Shown here: positions 20,758 through 30,844 of the stretch, one piece after another | Position numbering within the stretch: the stretch's first letter is position 1 | How the letters are laid out: every line of letters starts with the position of its first letter | Assembly: GCA_043820105.1 (NCBI GenBank) | Contig: JBDREC010000019.1 | Location: 1 to 64,000, forward strand | Direction: 5' to 3' | Length of the DNA: 64,000 bases | Source: Pseudomonadota bacterium | GTDB taxonomy: Bacteria > Bdellovibrionota_F > JAHFAK01 > JBDREC01 | The notes under the pieces: model-generated | Told to the model about the DNA's origin: nothing | Databases searched by the model: none | The model's input: only the letters and a program-made list of their open reading frames with translations | Program-made: the position numbers and the translations under genes

Positions 20758-20773
20758 TGCAAGCTAGGTGCCA
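20758..20773 (-). promoter_or_regulatory. Sigma54 promoter
   Basis: Minus strand TGGCAC-CTAGC-TTGCA, an exact match to TGGCAC-N5-TTGCW. Confidence 0.75.
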
Positions 20774-20954
20774 ATTTTCATCAAATCCTTAAAATCGGCT
20801 TTAGGTCTTTTATTTTAATAGCAATATTTCTCAAGCTCTTTAAAAAAACAAGTAGTTATTTTTTCTTATTTCTAGAAAGAATACAATTAAAACTAAAAAA
20901 CAAAATATTGACATATAAATTTAAAACAAATATTTAGTTATTCAATTTAGAAAT

Positions 20955-21027
20955 GGCGCGGTACCCAAGTGGCTAAGGGAGCGGTTTGCAAAACCGTTAT
21001 TCACCGGTTCGAGTCCGGTCCGTGCCT
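20955..21027 (+). tRNA. tRNA-Cys(GCA)
   Basis: GGCGCGG...GCGGT-TTGCAAA-ACCGT...GGTTCGAGTCC...CCGTGCCT. Confidence 0.95.
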
Positions 21028-21032
21028 TTTTT

Positions 21033-21068
21033 GTACAGCGTACGGCGTATTGCGTACAGCGTACGGCG
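21033..21068. repeat. (GTACAGC/GTACGGC)n heptamer array
   Basis: Complement of the array at about 5596-5626; follows the tRNA 3' end. Confidence 0.8.
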
Positions 21069-21079
21069 AAAGTGTAGTA

Positions 21080-21904
21080 ATGAAAATCAAAAAACTTTTT
21101 TCAAATTATTTTATTATACTTTTAACCTACATCTTAATTCCCCAACTTCTAATCGCTACATTTGGCAATGTTTCTCCTCCTGATTCTTTGTTTGAAGAAA
21201 TTATTAGCAAAAAGGAAACAGATCTGAAAATTAACTATGAAAGCTATAGGCTAATAATAACAAAAGAGCTAAATATAAAAAATGAAGATGGCAAAGAAGT
21301 AAAACACTCAGCAACTGACCTTCTAGAAGTTTCAAAAGATGGAAACTTCCATCTTAAACTTGAAAACCTTTACAATAAACATATTACAGATGTTCTCGTC
21401 TATGGAAAAAGAGCGTTTGTTAGCAAAAAATCACAAGTAACAGGTGAAGAAAAAATAATTGAAACTGATCAGATTCCTGTTTTTATTAATTGGGTAAATA
21501 AATTAGCAACAGAATGGATTTCTATTCATGAAAAATATAAGAAATATCTTGTTCATGATCTTTCAAAAAATTCTAGTGAAATAATTCAAATTGATGGTTC
21601 AATGAATCATACTTCAAGCATGCTCAGATTAAATGAATCAAAAAAATTCAAGCAAATTGAGGAAAACATAATAGTAAACCCAGAAAACAAATGCCTTTTA
21701 AGCTATAAGCTAGATGCTAGCTGGAATAAAACTTCTAAAAGTGGAATTATTGAAACAAGTTTTAAATACCTAATTAAAATTGAAGATATTGGCAAAGAAA
21801 TTCCAATTGCAAACTTAAATTTAAAACCAATAAAAACTCCCAAAAAACTAAATAATGCTGACAACCCAACTTTCTTCACAATCAAAGGATCCAATGATCA
21901 TTAA
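21080..21904 (+). CDS. Exported hypothetical protein
   Basis: MKIKKLF plus a hydrophobic segment; start corrected because the ORF-track start lies inside tRNA-Cys. Confidence 0.7.
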   Translation: MKIKKLFSNYFIILLTYILIPQLLIATFGNVSPPDSLFEEIISKKETDLKINYESYRLIITKELNIKNEDGKEVKHSATDLLEVSKDGNFHLKLENLYNKHITDVLVYGKRAFVSKKSQVTGEEKIIETDQIPVFINWVNKLATEWISIHEKYKKYLVHDLSKNSSEIIQIDGSMNHTSSMLRLNESKKFKQIEENIIVNPENKCLLSYKLDASWNKTSKSGIIETSFKYLIKIEDIGKEIPIANLNLKPIKTPKKLNNADNPTFFTIKGSNDH

Positions 21905-22038
21905 TTATTCCAATAAATCCATAATTTTTAATTGACTTCAATCCCCTAATAATCTATCTAACCTTTCGCATTCAAAGTAAATATTCATTTCGGTTATATG
22001 TTACTGAATACTAAATACCGAATACTGAATACTATTAG

Positions 22039-22111
22039 GGGCCCTTAGCTCAATTGGTAGAGCAGCAGACTCTTAATCTGGAGGTTCGGGGTTCGATTCC
22101 CCGAGGGCTCA
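22039..22111 (+). tRNA. tRNA-Lys(CTT)
   Basis: GGGCCCTTAGCTCAATTGGTAGAGC, anticodon loop CTCTTAA, GGTTCGATTCC. Flanked by (TGAATAC)n at 22002-22033 and (GTGGTAA)n at 22118-22150. Confidence 0.95.
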
Positions 22112-22141
22112 TTTTATTAAGTGGTAAGTGGTAAGTTTTAA

Positions 22142-22636
22142 GTGGTAAGTTTAAAAAAAAGATATATTATTTATTCTATTATTATCGGATCACTAACTTT
22201 TCTAGATATCCTAACAAAACAAATAATAGTTAAACATCTCGGTCCTGGTAACAATTTTATTCCTGTAATAAAAAACTTTTTTCATATCGTATATGTGGAA
22301 AATAGAGGCGTTACCTTTGGCATGCTTCGCAACATTCCTGAAGCATTAAGGATGCCGATTTTAGTTATTATTCCTGTAATCATCATTTTCTTTCTTTTTT
22401 ATATCCTATATAAATTAAAAGGAAAAGAATTTATTAGCGAAATTGCTCTTTGTTGCATTTTAGCTGGTGCTTTTGGAAATATTCATGATAGAATTCGATA
22501 CGATTATGTAGTAGACTTTATTTATTTCAATTTGGGGTTTATGTGGTGGCCAGCATTTAATGTAGCTGACGCTGTAATCGTTATTGGAACCTGCCTTTTG
22601 TCCATCGAAATTATCAGAGGAAAAAAAATCTTCTAG
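22142..22636 (+). CDS. lspA: Lipoprotein signal peptidase II
   Basis: DILTK, NRGVTFG, GAFGNIHDR, VVDFI, WPAFNVAD. Confidence 0.95.
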   Translation: MVSLKKRYIIYSIIIGSLTFLDILTKQIIVKHLGPGNNFIPVIKNFFHIVYVENRGVTFGMLRNIPEALRMPILVIIPVIIIFFLFYILYKLKGKEFISEIALCCILAGAFGNIHDRIRYDYVVDFIYFNLGFMWWPAFNVADAVIVIGTCLLSIEIIRGKKIF

Positions 22637-22761
22637 AAATTGTTTCAAAATTGGCGACTAGCTGCGTTGGCCGATGGAAATTGGCTTTCGACGTACAGTA
22701 GTACGCCTCAAGCAAATTTCCATCGTCCGCCTTGCTATTCACCAATTTTGAAACAATTTCT
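22635..22761. mobile_element. 127-bp palindromic MITE-like element
   Basis: Perfect 20-bp terminal inverted repeats AGAAATTGTTTCAAAATTGG / CCAATTTTGAAACAATTTCT plus nested internal stems. Confidence 0.65.
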
Positions 22762-22971
22762 GCATATTTTTTAAAAAATCGAAAAGTCGGGTTGCATCGA
22801 TATTTTAAAACAATATAGTATATTAAGCAGATAGAAATATTGAAAGATAGATTAGAGATTAGATAGGGCTGTAGAAATTAAATGACAAATTGATTGTTTG
22901 ATGATGATATTAAAAATGAATTACTACTCAGGTACTATTTTCAAATAACTGATATGTATCAATCTAAATTT

Positions 22972-23676
22972 TTAGCTGCCGGTTCCGCCTGAAACAGCAC
23001 TATCACCAGTAATTACAATTGTGATATAAACAAAAGTTGCACAGTAGAATCTTGTTCCTGGTAAAAAGGATAAGCCACTACCAAAGCTTGTTGACATCAT
23101 GCCAAGTGTTGAATCATAGTCAAAAGCAGTACTTGAAAGTGTCCAGGTTTCAGTAATTGATCCACCAGTTGCTGAAGGTGTCCATCTGTAACAGGTGTTG
23201 TAATAATAAATTGTAACTGAAACAGTATCACTTTTAAGATATGATGGTATTGCGAAACTAGCATCTGTTGGAATAGCAGCTGCCCAAGCAATTTCCATAT
23301 CTTCATCAAGGCTTAATTCTTCTGCATCTTCTGCATATTCACCAAGTGTAAGTTCAGCAGAACCCTTTACACCAATTGAACTTGCAACACCAGCCTCACT
23401 TGCAGCGTCTGAACCAAAATCAAAGGTAATACCTGAATCTTCAAATTCGCCTAAAAAAGCACCTTCATCAAGTTCTTTTAAACTTACATTAAGCCCAGAG
23501 CCTTCTGCCAATCCTGAAATAGCTCCAGCAGGAATAGTAACAGATGCTTGACCAGCTTCGAGTGTATTTTCTTCATCTGCGTTTAAGTCTAATCTAGCTG
23601 TTGGAAGTCCACAAGAGATAACAAATAATGATGCTAAGATTAAACCTGAAATAATAAGTGCAAAATTCCTTTTCAT
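22972..23676 (-). CDS. Acidic Ser/Thr/Gly-rich lipoprotein
   Basis: Lipobox FVISC, AGGAG RBS, ZU5-like SVTIPAGAI segment. Confidence 0.75.
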   Translation of the reverse strand: MKRNFALIISGLILASLFVISCGLPTARLDLNADEENTLEAGQASVTIPAGAISGLAEGSGLNVSLKELDEGAFLGEFEDSGITFDFGSDAASEAGVASSIGVKGSAELTLGEYAEDAEELSLDEDMEIAWAAAIPTDASFAIPSYLKSDTVSVTIYYYNTCYRWTPSATGGSITETWTLSSTAFDYDSTLGMMSTSFGSGLSFLPGTRFYCATFVYITIVITGDSAVSGGTGS

Positions 23677-23784
23677 ACTTCAACTCCTATAGTATTTTTT
23701 TAAGTTAATTAAGTACGTAGTTTATCTACAAATTTAAAATGAAAGCAAGTAAAAAATTCTTTTTTTTTATAATTTTATTGTTTT

Positions 23785-25092
23785 TTAAACGTTTGGTCTC
23801 CCAATTGAAAAATATGAAAACCCTAGAGCCTTTAGTTCTTTTGGATTATATTGATTTCTTCCATCAAATATGACAGGATTAGTTAATAAGCTTTTAATTT
23901 TCTCAAAATCCGGATTGCTAAATTGTTTCCATTCTGTAACCAATATAAGTGCATCAGCACCTTCTAAGGCTTTATAACTTTTTTCAACAAAAGAAACCCT
24001 GCCTTCAAAGATTTTTGACATATTATGACTAGCCTGTGGATCATAAGCCTTAACCAAAGCTTGATTTTCAAGTAGTTTGTTAATAATCTCAATAGCTGGA
24101 GCTTCTCTAATATCATCAGTTTCTGGCTTAAAAGATAAACCCCAAATAGCAAATGTTTTACCTTTTATATCACCATTAAAATGTTCCAATATCTTAGGTA
24201 GCATAATTGTTTTTTGAGCATTATTGACTTCTTCAACAGTCTTTAAAATCGTCATCTCAGAACCTAATTCATCAGCTGTTTTTATAAGAGCTTTTACGTC
24301 TTTGGGAAAGCAGGATCCGCCATACCCAACACCTGGGAAGATAAATCTTTGTCCTATCCTTGAATCAGCCCCTATTCCCTCTCTAACCATTGACACATCT
24401 GCCCCTACCACATCACAAAGCTTAGCTATCTCATTTATAAAAGAAATCTTTGTTGCTAGCATTGAATTAGCTGCATACTTTGTAAGTTCTGCTGATTTAT
24501 TATCCATAATAATCATAGGATTTTTTGTTCTAACATATGGGGCATAAAGCTCCTTCATTATTTCTGCGCACCTAACATTATCTGTGCCAATAACAACCCT
24601 ATCAGGTTTAAGGAAGTCGTTGATTGCGTCACCTTCTTTTAAAAATTCAGGATTTGAAACTACATCGAATTCATGGATGGTGTTTTTCCTAACAAGCTCT
24701 CTAACTTTATCAGCTGTCCCAACAGGCACAGTACTTTTATTCACAATTATTTTATATCCATTCATATTTTTTGAAATATCTTTAGCTACTGCTAAAACAT
24801 GCGATATATCACAACTTCCATCTTCGTCTTCTGGGGTACCTACAGCAATAAAAATAACTAAAGAATCTTCAACTGTTTTTTTAATATTAGTTGTAAAGGA
24901 AAGGCGCTCTTCTTGCAGATTTCTTAGTACAATGTCTTTTAATCCAGGTTCATAAATTGGTATTATACCGTTTTTTAGATTTTCAATTTTAAGCTCATCC
25001 TTATCCATACAGATTACATCATTTCCAGTGTCAGCAAAGCAAGCGCCCCCAACTAAACCAACATAACCAGAACCAATAACAGATACTTTCAT
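23785..25092 (-). CDS. ugd: UDP-glucose 6-dehydrogenase
   Basis: IGSGYVGL, KSTVPVGT, NPEFLKEG, GYGGSCFPKD, FKPETDD. Confidence 0.95.
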   Translation of the reverse strand: MKVSVIGSGYVGLVGGACFADTGNDVICMDKDELKIENLKNGIIPIYEPGLKDIVLRNLQEERLSFTTNIKKTVEDSLVIFIAVGTPEDEDGSCDISHVLAVAKDISKNMNGYKIIVNKSTVPVGTADKVRELVRKNTIHEFDVVSNPEFLKEGDAINDFLKPDRVVIGTDNVRCAEIMKELYAPYVRTKNPMIIMDNKSAELTKYAANSMLATKISFINEIAKLCDVVGADVSMVREGIGADSRIGQRFIFPGVGYGGSCFPKDVKALIKTADELGSEMTILKTVEEVNNAQKTIMLPKILEHFNGDIKGKTFAIWGLSFKPETDDIREAPAIEIINKLLENQALVKAYDPQASHNMSKIFEGRVSFVEKSYKALEGADALILVTEWKQFSNPDFEKIKSLLTNPVIFDGRNQYNPKELKALGFSYFSIGRPNV

Positions 25093-25333
25093 TAATTACC
25101 TCCATTTCATTTTCTCTTTTCTGAAAAACAGAAAAATAAAAACTTACAAAAAAACAATAAGCACGCGATATTATTCTTTTATTATTTTTGGCACAATTCT
25201 TGTAAAGAAAATTGTAAGAAAAATTGTTTAAGCTGTTAAACAAAATTAGGCAAGGCAAGTCAATTTTTTTTACAATAAGACAATTTTTTACTTGGCAATA
25301 ATGTATTATTTAGAATATATAATGTAACATGTC

Positions 25334-25405
25334 TAAGTAGGTAAGTTTTATGTTATAAGCTGTAAGTAAAATACTTACGACTTACAACTTACAACTTACG
25401 ACTTA
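25334..25405. repeat. Inverted (GTAAG..)n/(TTAC.AC)n heptamer arms before recA
   Basis: TAAGTAGGTAAGT...CTGTAAGT then ACTTACGACTTACAACTTACAACTTACGACTTA. Confidence 0.7.
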
Positions 25406-25422
25406 ATAACAAGGAGAAATAC

Positions 25423-26508
25423 ATGATCGAAAAAACAGTAATTAATGAAAAAGCATTGGACCTGGCTGTTTCTACAGTTGAAAAGCATTTTGGGAAAGGC
25501 TCAATCATGCGACTGGGAGATAATTCAAGACTTTGGGGTGAAATGGATGTGCTTTCAACAGGTTCAATTAGTTTAGATATAGCCACCGGTATCGGCGGAT
25601 TACCATATGGTAGAGTCGTTGAAATTTATGGTCCTGAATCGAGTGGAAAAACCACCTTAGCCCTACACCTGGCTGCTGAATCTCAAAAAACGGGTGGAAC
25701 AGTTGCCTTTATAGATGCAGAACATGCACTTGATGTTAATTATGCAAAAAACTTAGGGGTTAATACAAAGGATCTATTAGTTTCTCAACCAGACACAGGA
25801 GAACAAGCATTAGAAATTGCTGACATCCTTGTTAAAAGCGGCGCCGTTGATCTAATCGTGATTGACTCAGTAGCAGCCCTTACTCCAAAAGCTGAACTTA
25901 CCGGAGAAATGGGTGATTCACACATGGGCTTGCAAGCGAGATTAATGTCCCAAGCCCTGAGAAAACTTACTGGCAGTCTTTGTAAATCAAATACCCTGCT
26001 TGTTTTTATTAATCAAATCAGAATGAAAATAGGCGTTATGTTTGGAAGCCCAGAAACCACCTCAGGTGGAAATGCTTTGAAATTCTATTCCTCCGTGAGA
26101 TTAGATATTAGGAGAATTGGCGCTATAAAAGATGGTGAAAATATGACTGGCAACAGGACTCAAGTTAAGATAGTTAAAAACAAGATGGCTCCTCCTTTTA
26201 AAAAGGTTGAATTTGATATCATGTATGGAAAAGGAATCTCCTATGTTGGTGATCTTTTAGATCTTGCAGCTCAATCTGGCATAGTGGCTAAAACTGGTTC
26301 CTGGTATGCCTATGGCGATGAAAAAATTGGTCAGGGCAGAGAAAATGTGAAAACTTTTTTAGAAGAAAATCAAACTATCACTTCAAAAATTAAGAAGCAG
26401 GTTCTTGAGTTTTATGATGTGAAGACGCCAGGAGAGCAAGAGAACAAGGGAACAAGAGAACAAGGGAAAGATAAGGTTGAGGGGAAGGTAAATAAGAAGA
26501 ATAATTAA
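25423..26508 (+). CDS. recA: Recombinase A
   Basis: [36 protein letters not shown]. Confidence 0.99.
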   Translation: MIEKTVINEKALDLAVSTVEKHFGKGSIMRLGDNSRLWGEMDVLSTGSISLDIATGIGGLPYGRVVEIYGPESSGKTTLALHLAAESQKTGGTVAFIDAEHALDVNYAKNLGVNTKDLLVSQPDTGEQALEIADILVKSGAVDLIVIDSVAALTPKAELTGEMGDSHMGLQARLMSQALRKLTGSLCKSNTLLVFINQIRMKIGVMFGSPETTSGGNALKFYSSVRLDIRRIGAIKDGENMTGNRTQVKIVKNKMAPPFKKVEFDIMYGKGISYVGDLLDLAAQSGIVAKTGSWYAYGDEKIGQGRENVKTFLEENQTITSKIKKQVLEFYDVKTPGEQENKGTREQGKDKVEGKVNKKNN

Positions 26509-26530
26509 TAATCAATAATTAATAATTAAT

Positions 26531-27013
26531 TTAAATATAATGCCTTATAATATAAATTGATAGATGTAAAAATGCACAACTATATACTCCTGCTGCTGCG
26601 TCGTCTAACATTACACCCCAGGCGTTTTTCATGTTTTTATCGATGGTTGATGCAGGTGGTAGTTTTACAATATCAAAAAATCTAAAGATGAAAAATGCTA
26701 GAATTAAATTTACAATTGTTACAGGAACCAGAAACATTGTAATTAATAAACCCAGAACTTCATCTATAACAATAACACCGTTGTCTTTAGTGTTTGTCAT
26801 TTCATCGAGCTTATAAGCAGCAAAGGTTCCAACAATAAAAACCAGCAAAGTAAAACCAAGATAAAAATATATATTTAATCCTTGAATAAAATATACTAAA
26901 ATGCAAGCTGCGAAGGTTCCAGCTGTACCTGGGGCAATTGGGGAAAAACCGAAGAAAAAGAAACTGGCTAATATTGTATAGGGATGGAATTTTTGTTTTG
27001 GAATTACTCGCAA
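26531..27013 (-). CDS. pgpA: Phosphatidylglycerophosphatase A
   Basis: APGTAGT, IVIDEVLG, FRFFDIVK, GVMLDD. Confidence 0.92.
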   Translation of the reverse strand: MRVIPKQKFHPYTILASFFFFGFSPIAPGTAGTFAACILVYFIQGLNIYFYLGFTLLVFIVGTFAAYKLDEMTNTKDNGVIVIDEVLGLLITMFLVPVTIVNLILAFFIFRFFDIVKLPPASTIDKNMKNAWGVMLDDAAAGVYSCAFLHLSIYIIRHYI

Positions 27014-27014
27014 T

Positions 27015-27569
27015 CTATTCTCCTAAATTAAATGAGCCTTCAACCCAGCTTGTACTTGAAAAAACCGCCTGATAAGCCCCTTCTGCCCAAAGTATGGCCC
27101 CTGATCCATCAATTGAAATTGAATAGAAATCAATCCATCCCTCCTTTGCAACATCTTCAAAAGTACCCAGAGTTGGAACGTTTATATAAAGTTTTACAAC
27201 AGCCTCTCCAGAGGTACTTTTAGAGAGATTATCAATGGTAACTGAAGCACTGCCATTAGAAACCAGCGAATTATAATTAGCTTGGCTTAAAACCAGGGAT
27301 ACATAGAGATACTCATCACCCCCAGGAGTTGATGAATCCGCGTCATAAATTTCATCTAAACTAGCAGCATCATTAAAAAAAAGCATTGAAAGTCTATATT
27401 GTTCACCAGACTGCTTAGTTTGTGCATATGAACAAAAGAAATTTTGATTAACTATTCCAACGGATAAGGTTCCTGCTGCTGTTGCTTGAATTGCAACATT
27501 ACAAGAAATCGCCATTAGTATCAAAATCGGAAAATAATATATAAAGAATATTTTAATAAATTTCCTCAT
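27015..27569 (-). CDS. Hypothetical lipoprotein
   Basis: GAGGAGG RBS before ATG 27569; MRKFIK...MAISC lipobox-like. Confidence 0.7.
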   Translation of the reverse strand: MRKFIKIFFIYYFPILILMAISCNVAIQATAAGTLSVGIVNQNFFCSYAQTKQSGEQYRLSMLFFNDAASLDEIYDADSSTPGGDEYLYVSLVLSQANYNSLVSNGSASVTIDNLSKSTSGEAVVKLYINVPTLGTFEDVAKEGWIDFYSISIDGSGAILWAEGAYQAVFSSTSWVEGSFNLGE

Positions 27570-27752
27570 ATCCTCCTCTTGAAAATTTTGTTGATATTTT
27601 ATACTATTATAAGGTTTAGGCAATATAAATGCAACTCCTAAATAATTGGGCCCAGTAGCATGTAACAAGTATATCCCGTTCACTCTTGATAATTGTTAAT
27701 TAATTTGTTAGTTTATTTTTAATAAAAACAAAATTTTAAGATTAATTATTTT

Positions 27753-29090
27753 ATGTGTATTTTTAAAAAATTTATTATTTATATTATTATCTTGCAAATT
27801 TGTCTGGGTTTTCAGCCAATATTAGCAAAAACGCCACAAAAACCACAGCTTGGAATAATTACTATTGATGCTAAAAACATGCCTGATTCCTTGATTTCTG
27901 AACTTAAAAAGATACTTGCCCAAAGCATATATCAAACAAACACTTTTTCCAGAATTGTAAATAAACCTATAAACTCTATTACACTTCCTAAAAAGAAAGT
28001 TAAAACAGATGATAAGGAAGATCTTTATAAAAAAGCAAAAATGAACATTGATCTTGGAAAATTAGAATTAAAGCAAAATAAATATGCAGAAGCGATTGAT
28101 AAATTTCAAGCCGCTATTTTATCTCTTATTAATTCAGTGGCGTCCTGGACAAGCAATAACGATATTATTAAAGCGCACTTATACTTGGCTTTCGCCTATT
28201 CAAAAAAAGAAATATCAACTGCAGTTATGACTGAGTTTCAAAAACTACTTACCATTGATCCAACATTTGATTTACCAAAGAACATGTTTTCAAAATCATA
28301 TTCAGACCTATTTATGAAAACAAAAACAAAACTTCTTTCTGCAAATAAATCTTATTTAAATATAAAAACAAATCCAAATAGCTCTTCAGTATTTATTAAT
28401 GGAAAAGAGATTAACAGAAAAAAAATCATCAAATTAATACCTGGCACACATTATCTTACAGTTAAAAAGAAAGGCTATGATACTTATTTTGAAAAATTAG
28501 AGTTAAATCCTGGTGACAAAAAGAAAATAACGATCAGCCTTGAGGGAGGAAAAGAAGATATTAATTCTTACTTTGGAGTGGCTAAGAATCTTGCTCTTAT
28601 TCCCATAGAGCGCTTAAAATTTCTTTCATCTCTTTCTGAAAACATGAAAGTTGGCTACCTTTTATTAGCATCAACAGAAGTTAAAGATGATGAAATTACT
28701 ATAGCAATACAAATTATAAATACAAAACTATCAATTTTATCCAAAATAGTTAGCATGACCATGCCTGTAAAGAAACTGTCCAAAGAAATTAACCTTCTTA
28801 CATATACCATGGGAACTTGTATTAACTACCTGGGACAAATGGAAGATCAGTGCATAATAAAATCAAGTGATAATATTTTCCTGCCACTTGCTACAAAATC
28901 CCAAATTAACTATATGAAGGGTGATGTTTCCTCATTAATAATTGATAGCACACCAATTTATGAGAAATGGTGGTTTTGGACTATCATTGGAGGGACATTA
29001 GTTACAATCGGTGCTGCAATTGCAACTTATTTCCTGGTTTTCAAGGATAACACGCCAAATGACAATCCTGAGGAAGCAGGTGCTTTTTAA
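27753..29090 (+). CDS. TPR-like + PEGA domain protein with C-terminal membrane anchor
   Basis: LNIKTNP...VFING...PGTHYLTVKKKGY PEGA motif; PIYEKWWFW-TM tail. Confidence 0.8.
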   Translation: MCIFKKFIIYIIILQICLGFQPILAKTPQKPQLGIITIDAKNMPDSLISELKKILAQSIYQTNTFSRIVNKPINSITLPKKKVKTDDKEDLYKKAKMNIDLGKLELKQNKYAEAIDKFQAAILSLINSVASWTSNNDIIKAHLYLAFAYSKKEISTAVMTEFQKLLTIDPTFDLPKNMFSKSYSDLFMKTKTKLLSANKSYLNIKTNPNSSSVFINGKEINRKKIIKLIPGTHYLTVKKKGYDTYFEKLELNPGDKKKITISLEGGKEDINSYFGVAKNLALIPIERLKFLSSLSENMKVGYLLLASTEVKDDEITIAIQIINTKLSILSKIVSMTMPVKKLSKEINLLTYTMGTCINYLGQMEDQCIIKSSDNIFLPLATKSQINYMKGDVSSLIIDSTPIYEKWWFWTIIGGTLVTIGAAIATYFLVFKDNTPNDNPEEAGAF

Positions 29091-29176
29091 AAAACAATAA
29101 GCACTATTAACTTGAATTTATTTTATGACTTAAGATATATTACTTAAAATCTTAATAATAAGAGGTTAAACTAAAA

Positions 29177-30619
29177 ATGAATCTATTGAAAAAAGCACTG
29201 ACTCTACTACTTGCACTAAACTTTTTATTTACAGTCACTGTTGGAAATTGCCTGTACGCTGCTCCAAAGCCCAAACTTTTATCAGCAGGAATAGCAGGAG
29301 AAGAAGTTTCAACAACAAATAAGGATAAGATCTATAATCTAATGAAAACTAAATTTAGTTCAAGCGGTAAAGTTGTTATAATCCAAGAAGCCACGGCCCA
29401 AAAATACATTGACGGATATTTCAATACAATTGCTAAAAAGGAAAATAAAACAGCCATAGATACAGCAATGACAAACTTCATAAAAGGTAAGAAAGAATAT
29501 GATTATGCAAAATTTGGTGATGCCATTAATTCCTTAAAAATTAGCATAGACCTTTATAGTAAGTATTTTGAATTTATAAGAGATAATAAAGACTTCCTTG
29601 AAGCTAATTTATATTTAGCTCTATCCTTAATCGCAACTGATGATCCGACAAACGCAAAGTTAGTTTTTGAAAATATATTTAAATATGATAATGAATATAT
29701 ATTAGATTCTAAAAAAGTTCCTCCCAAGGTTGTCCAACTATTTTCTAGAATAAAAAAAGACATTTCAATTTATGACAGAACCACCATTAGGGTCAAATCA
29801 AATCCTGATGATGTGAAAATCTATTTTAATGGAAAATATATTGGCGAAGCTAGATCAAATATTCCTGTATTAATACCAAAAGTATTACCAGGAAGACATC
29901 ATTTACTAGCTGAGAAAAATGGCTATAAAACTCAATACAAAACTTTTGTAACCAACAAGGGTGAGATTACTATTGAAACAAATCTTGAAAAATCTAACCC
30001 TCAAGAACTTTTCCAGCCATTTGCTCTCTCTCCTTCTCAAGATTTTTTAACAATAGTTGAAAAGCTAAGCAAAGAATCAAGCCTAAACCCACAATTAGTC
30101 CTTTTATCTTCAATAGTTAAAGAAGGAATTGATTACAAACTAAAAGGCCAGTTATATGACATCAGGACAGGAGTATTTACAAAATCATTTAAAGCAAAAA
30201 TAGGCAGAAACCTTAAGCTTCCTGGAAATGCAGTTGATAACCTCTCAAAAATATTGATTTCCCACATAGATTCAGCTGGGATGTTAAAGGAAAACCCTGT
30301 AAAAAGCGAAAAAAGCGAGCCTCAAAAAGCTGTATCAGCTGATGATAGCCTTAATGATGAAAGTGAAGATTTGTTTGGAGAAGAAAAAGAAACTGAAGCT
30401 GGTTTTGAAGAAAAACCAAAACTTAAGCCAAACACTGAATTCTACCCTGGTTCAAAAATTTCCAATATGGAGTCTGAAGATATTGTAAATCTGGACACAA
30501 AAAAAGCAGTGGCATGGGTAGTTCTCGCCCTATTGCTTGTAGGAGCAGGAGTTGGTGGCTATTTCCTATATCAAGGCACTACTGGCGACGCTTCTGTTTC
30601 TATATACGCTCCTGAATAA
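29177..30619 (+). CDS. TPR-like + PEGA domain protein with C-terminal membrane anchor
   Basis: IRVKSNP...IYFNGKYIG...PGRHHLLAEKNGY; C-terminal TM helix. Confidence 0.8.
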   Translation: MNLLKKALTLLLALNFLFTVTVGNCLYAAPKPKLLSAGIAGEEVSTTNKDKIYNLMKTKFSSSGKVVIIQEATAQKYIDGYFNTIAKKENKTAIDTAMTNFIKGKKEYDYAKFGDAINSLKISIDLYSKYFEFIRDNKDFLEANLYLALSLIATDDPTNAKLVFENIFKYDNEYILDSKKVPPKVVQLFSRIKKDISIYDRTTIRVKSNPDDVKIYFNGKYIGEARSNIPVLIPKVLPGRHHLLAEKNGYKTQYKTFVTNKGEITIETNLEKSNPQELFQPFALSPSQDFLTIVEKLSKESSLNPQLVLLSSIVKEGIDYKLKGQLYDIRTGVFTKSFKAKIGRNLKLPGNAVDNLSKILISHIDSAGMLKENPVKSEKSEPQKAVSADDSLNDESEDLFGEEKETEAGFEEKPKLKPNTEFYPGSKISNMESEDIVNLDTKKAVAWVVLALLLVGAGVGGYFLYQGTTGDASVSIYAPE

Positions 30620-30844
30620 TTTATAACACGATAGTAACTTTTTTGCCCACTAAATTTAAGCATCTAAGAGAGCAATCCCCATAGATCCATTGATATTAAA
30701 GAGAAATTTTTTTGCCTCAGAAATTTGACATTTAAAATTATTTGAGTATAAGAGCTCTTTAGTGTTTTATAGATGGAAATAAGTTTTAGGTATTTACTTA
30801 ATACCGAATACTTATCACTACCCCTTATTAAAAGGAGATCGACT

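Noticed and set aside
20969-21079. N-terminal extension of the 311-aa ORF
   Set aside because: Overlaps tRNA-Cys and a repeat array; ATG 21080 gives a normal signal peptide.
24224-24955. Antisense ORFs over ugd, and similar ones over glmS, ispF, recR and dnaX
   Set aside because: Opposite-strand shadows of well-supported genes with no recognisable motifs.
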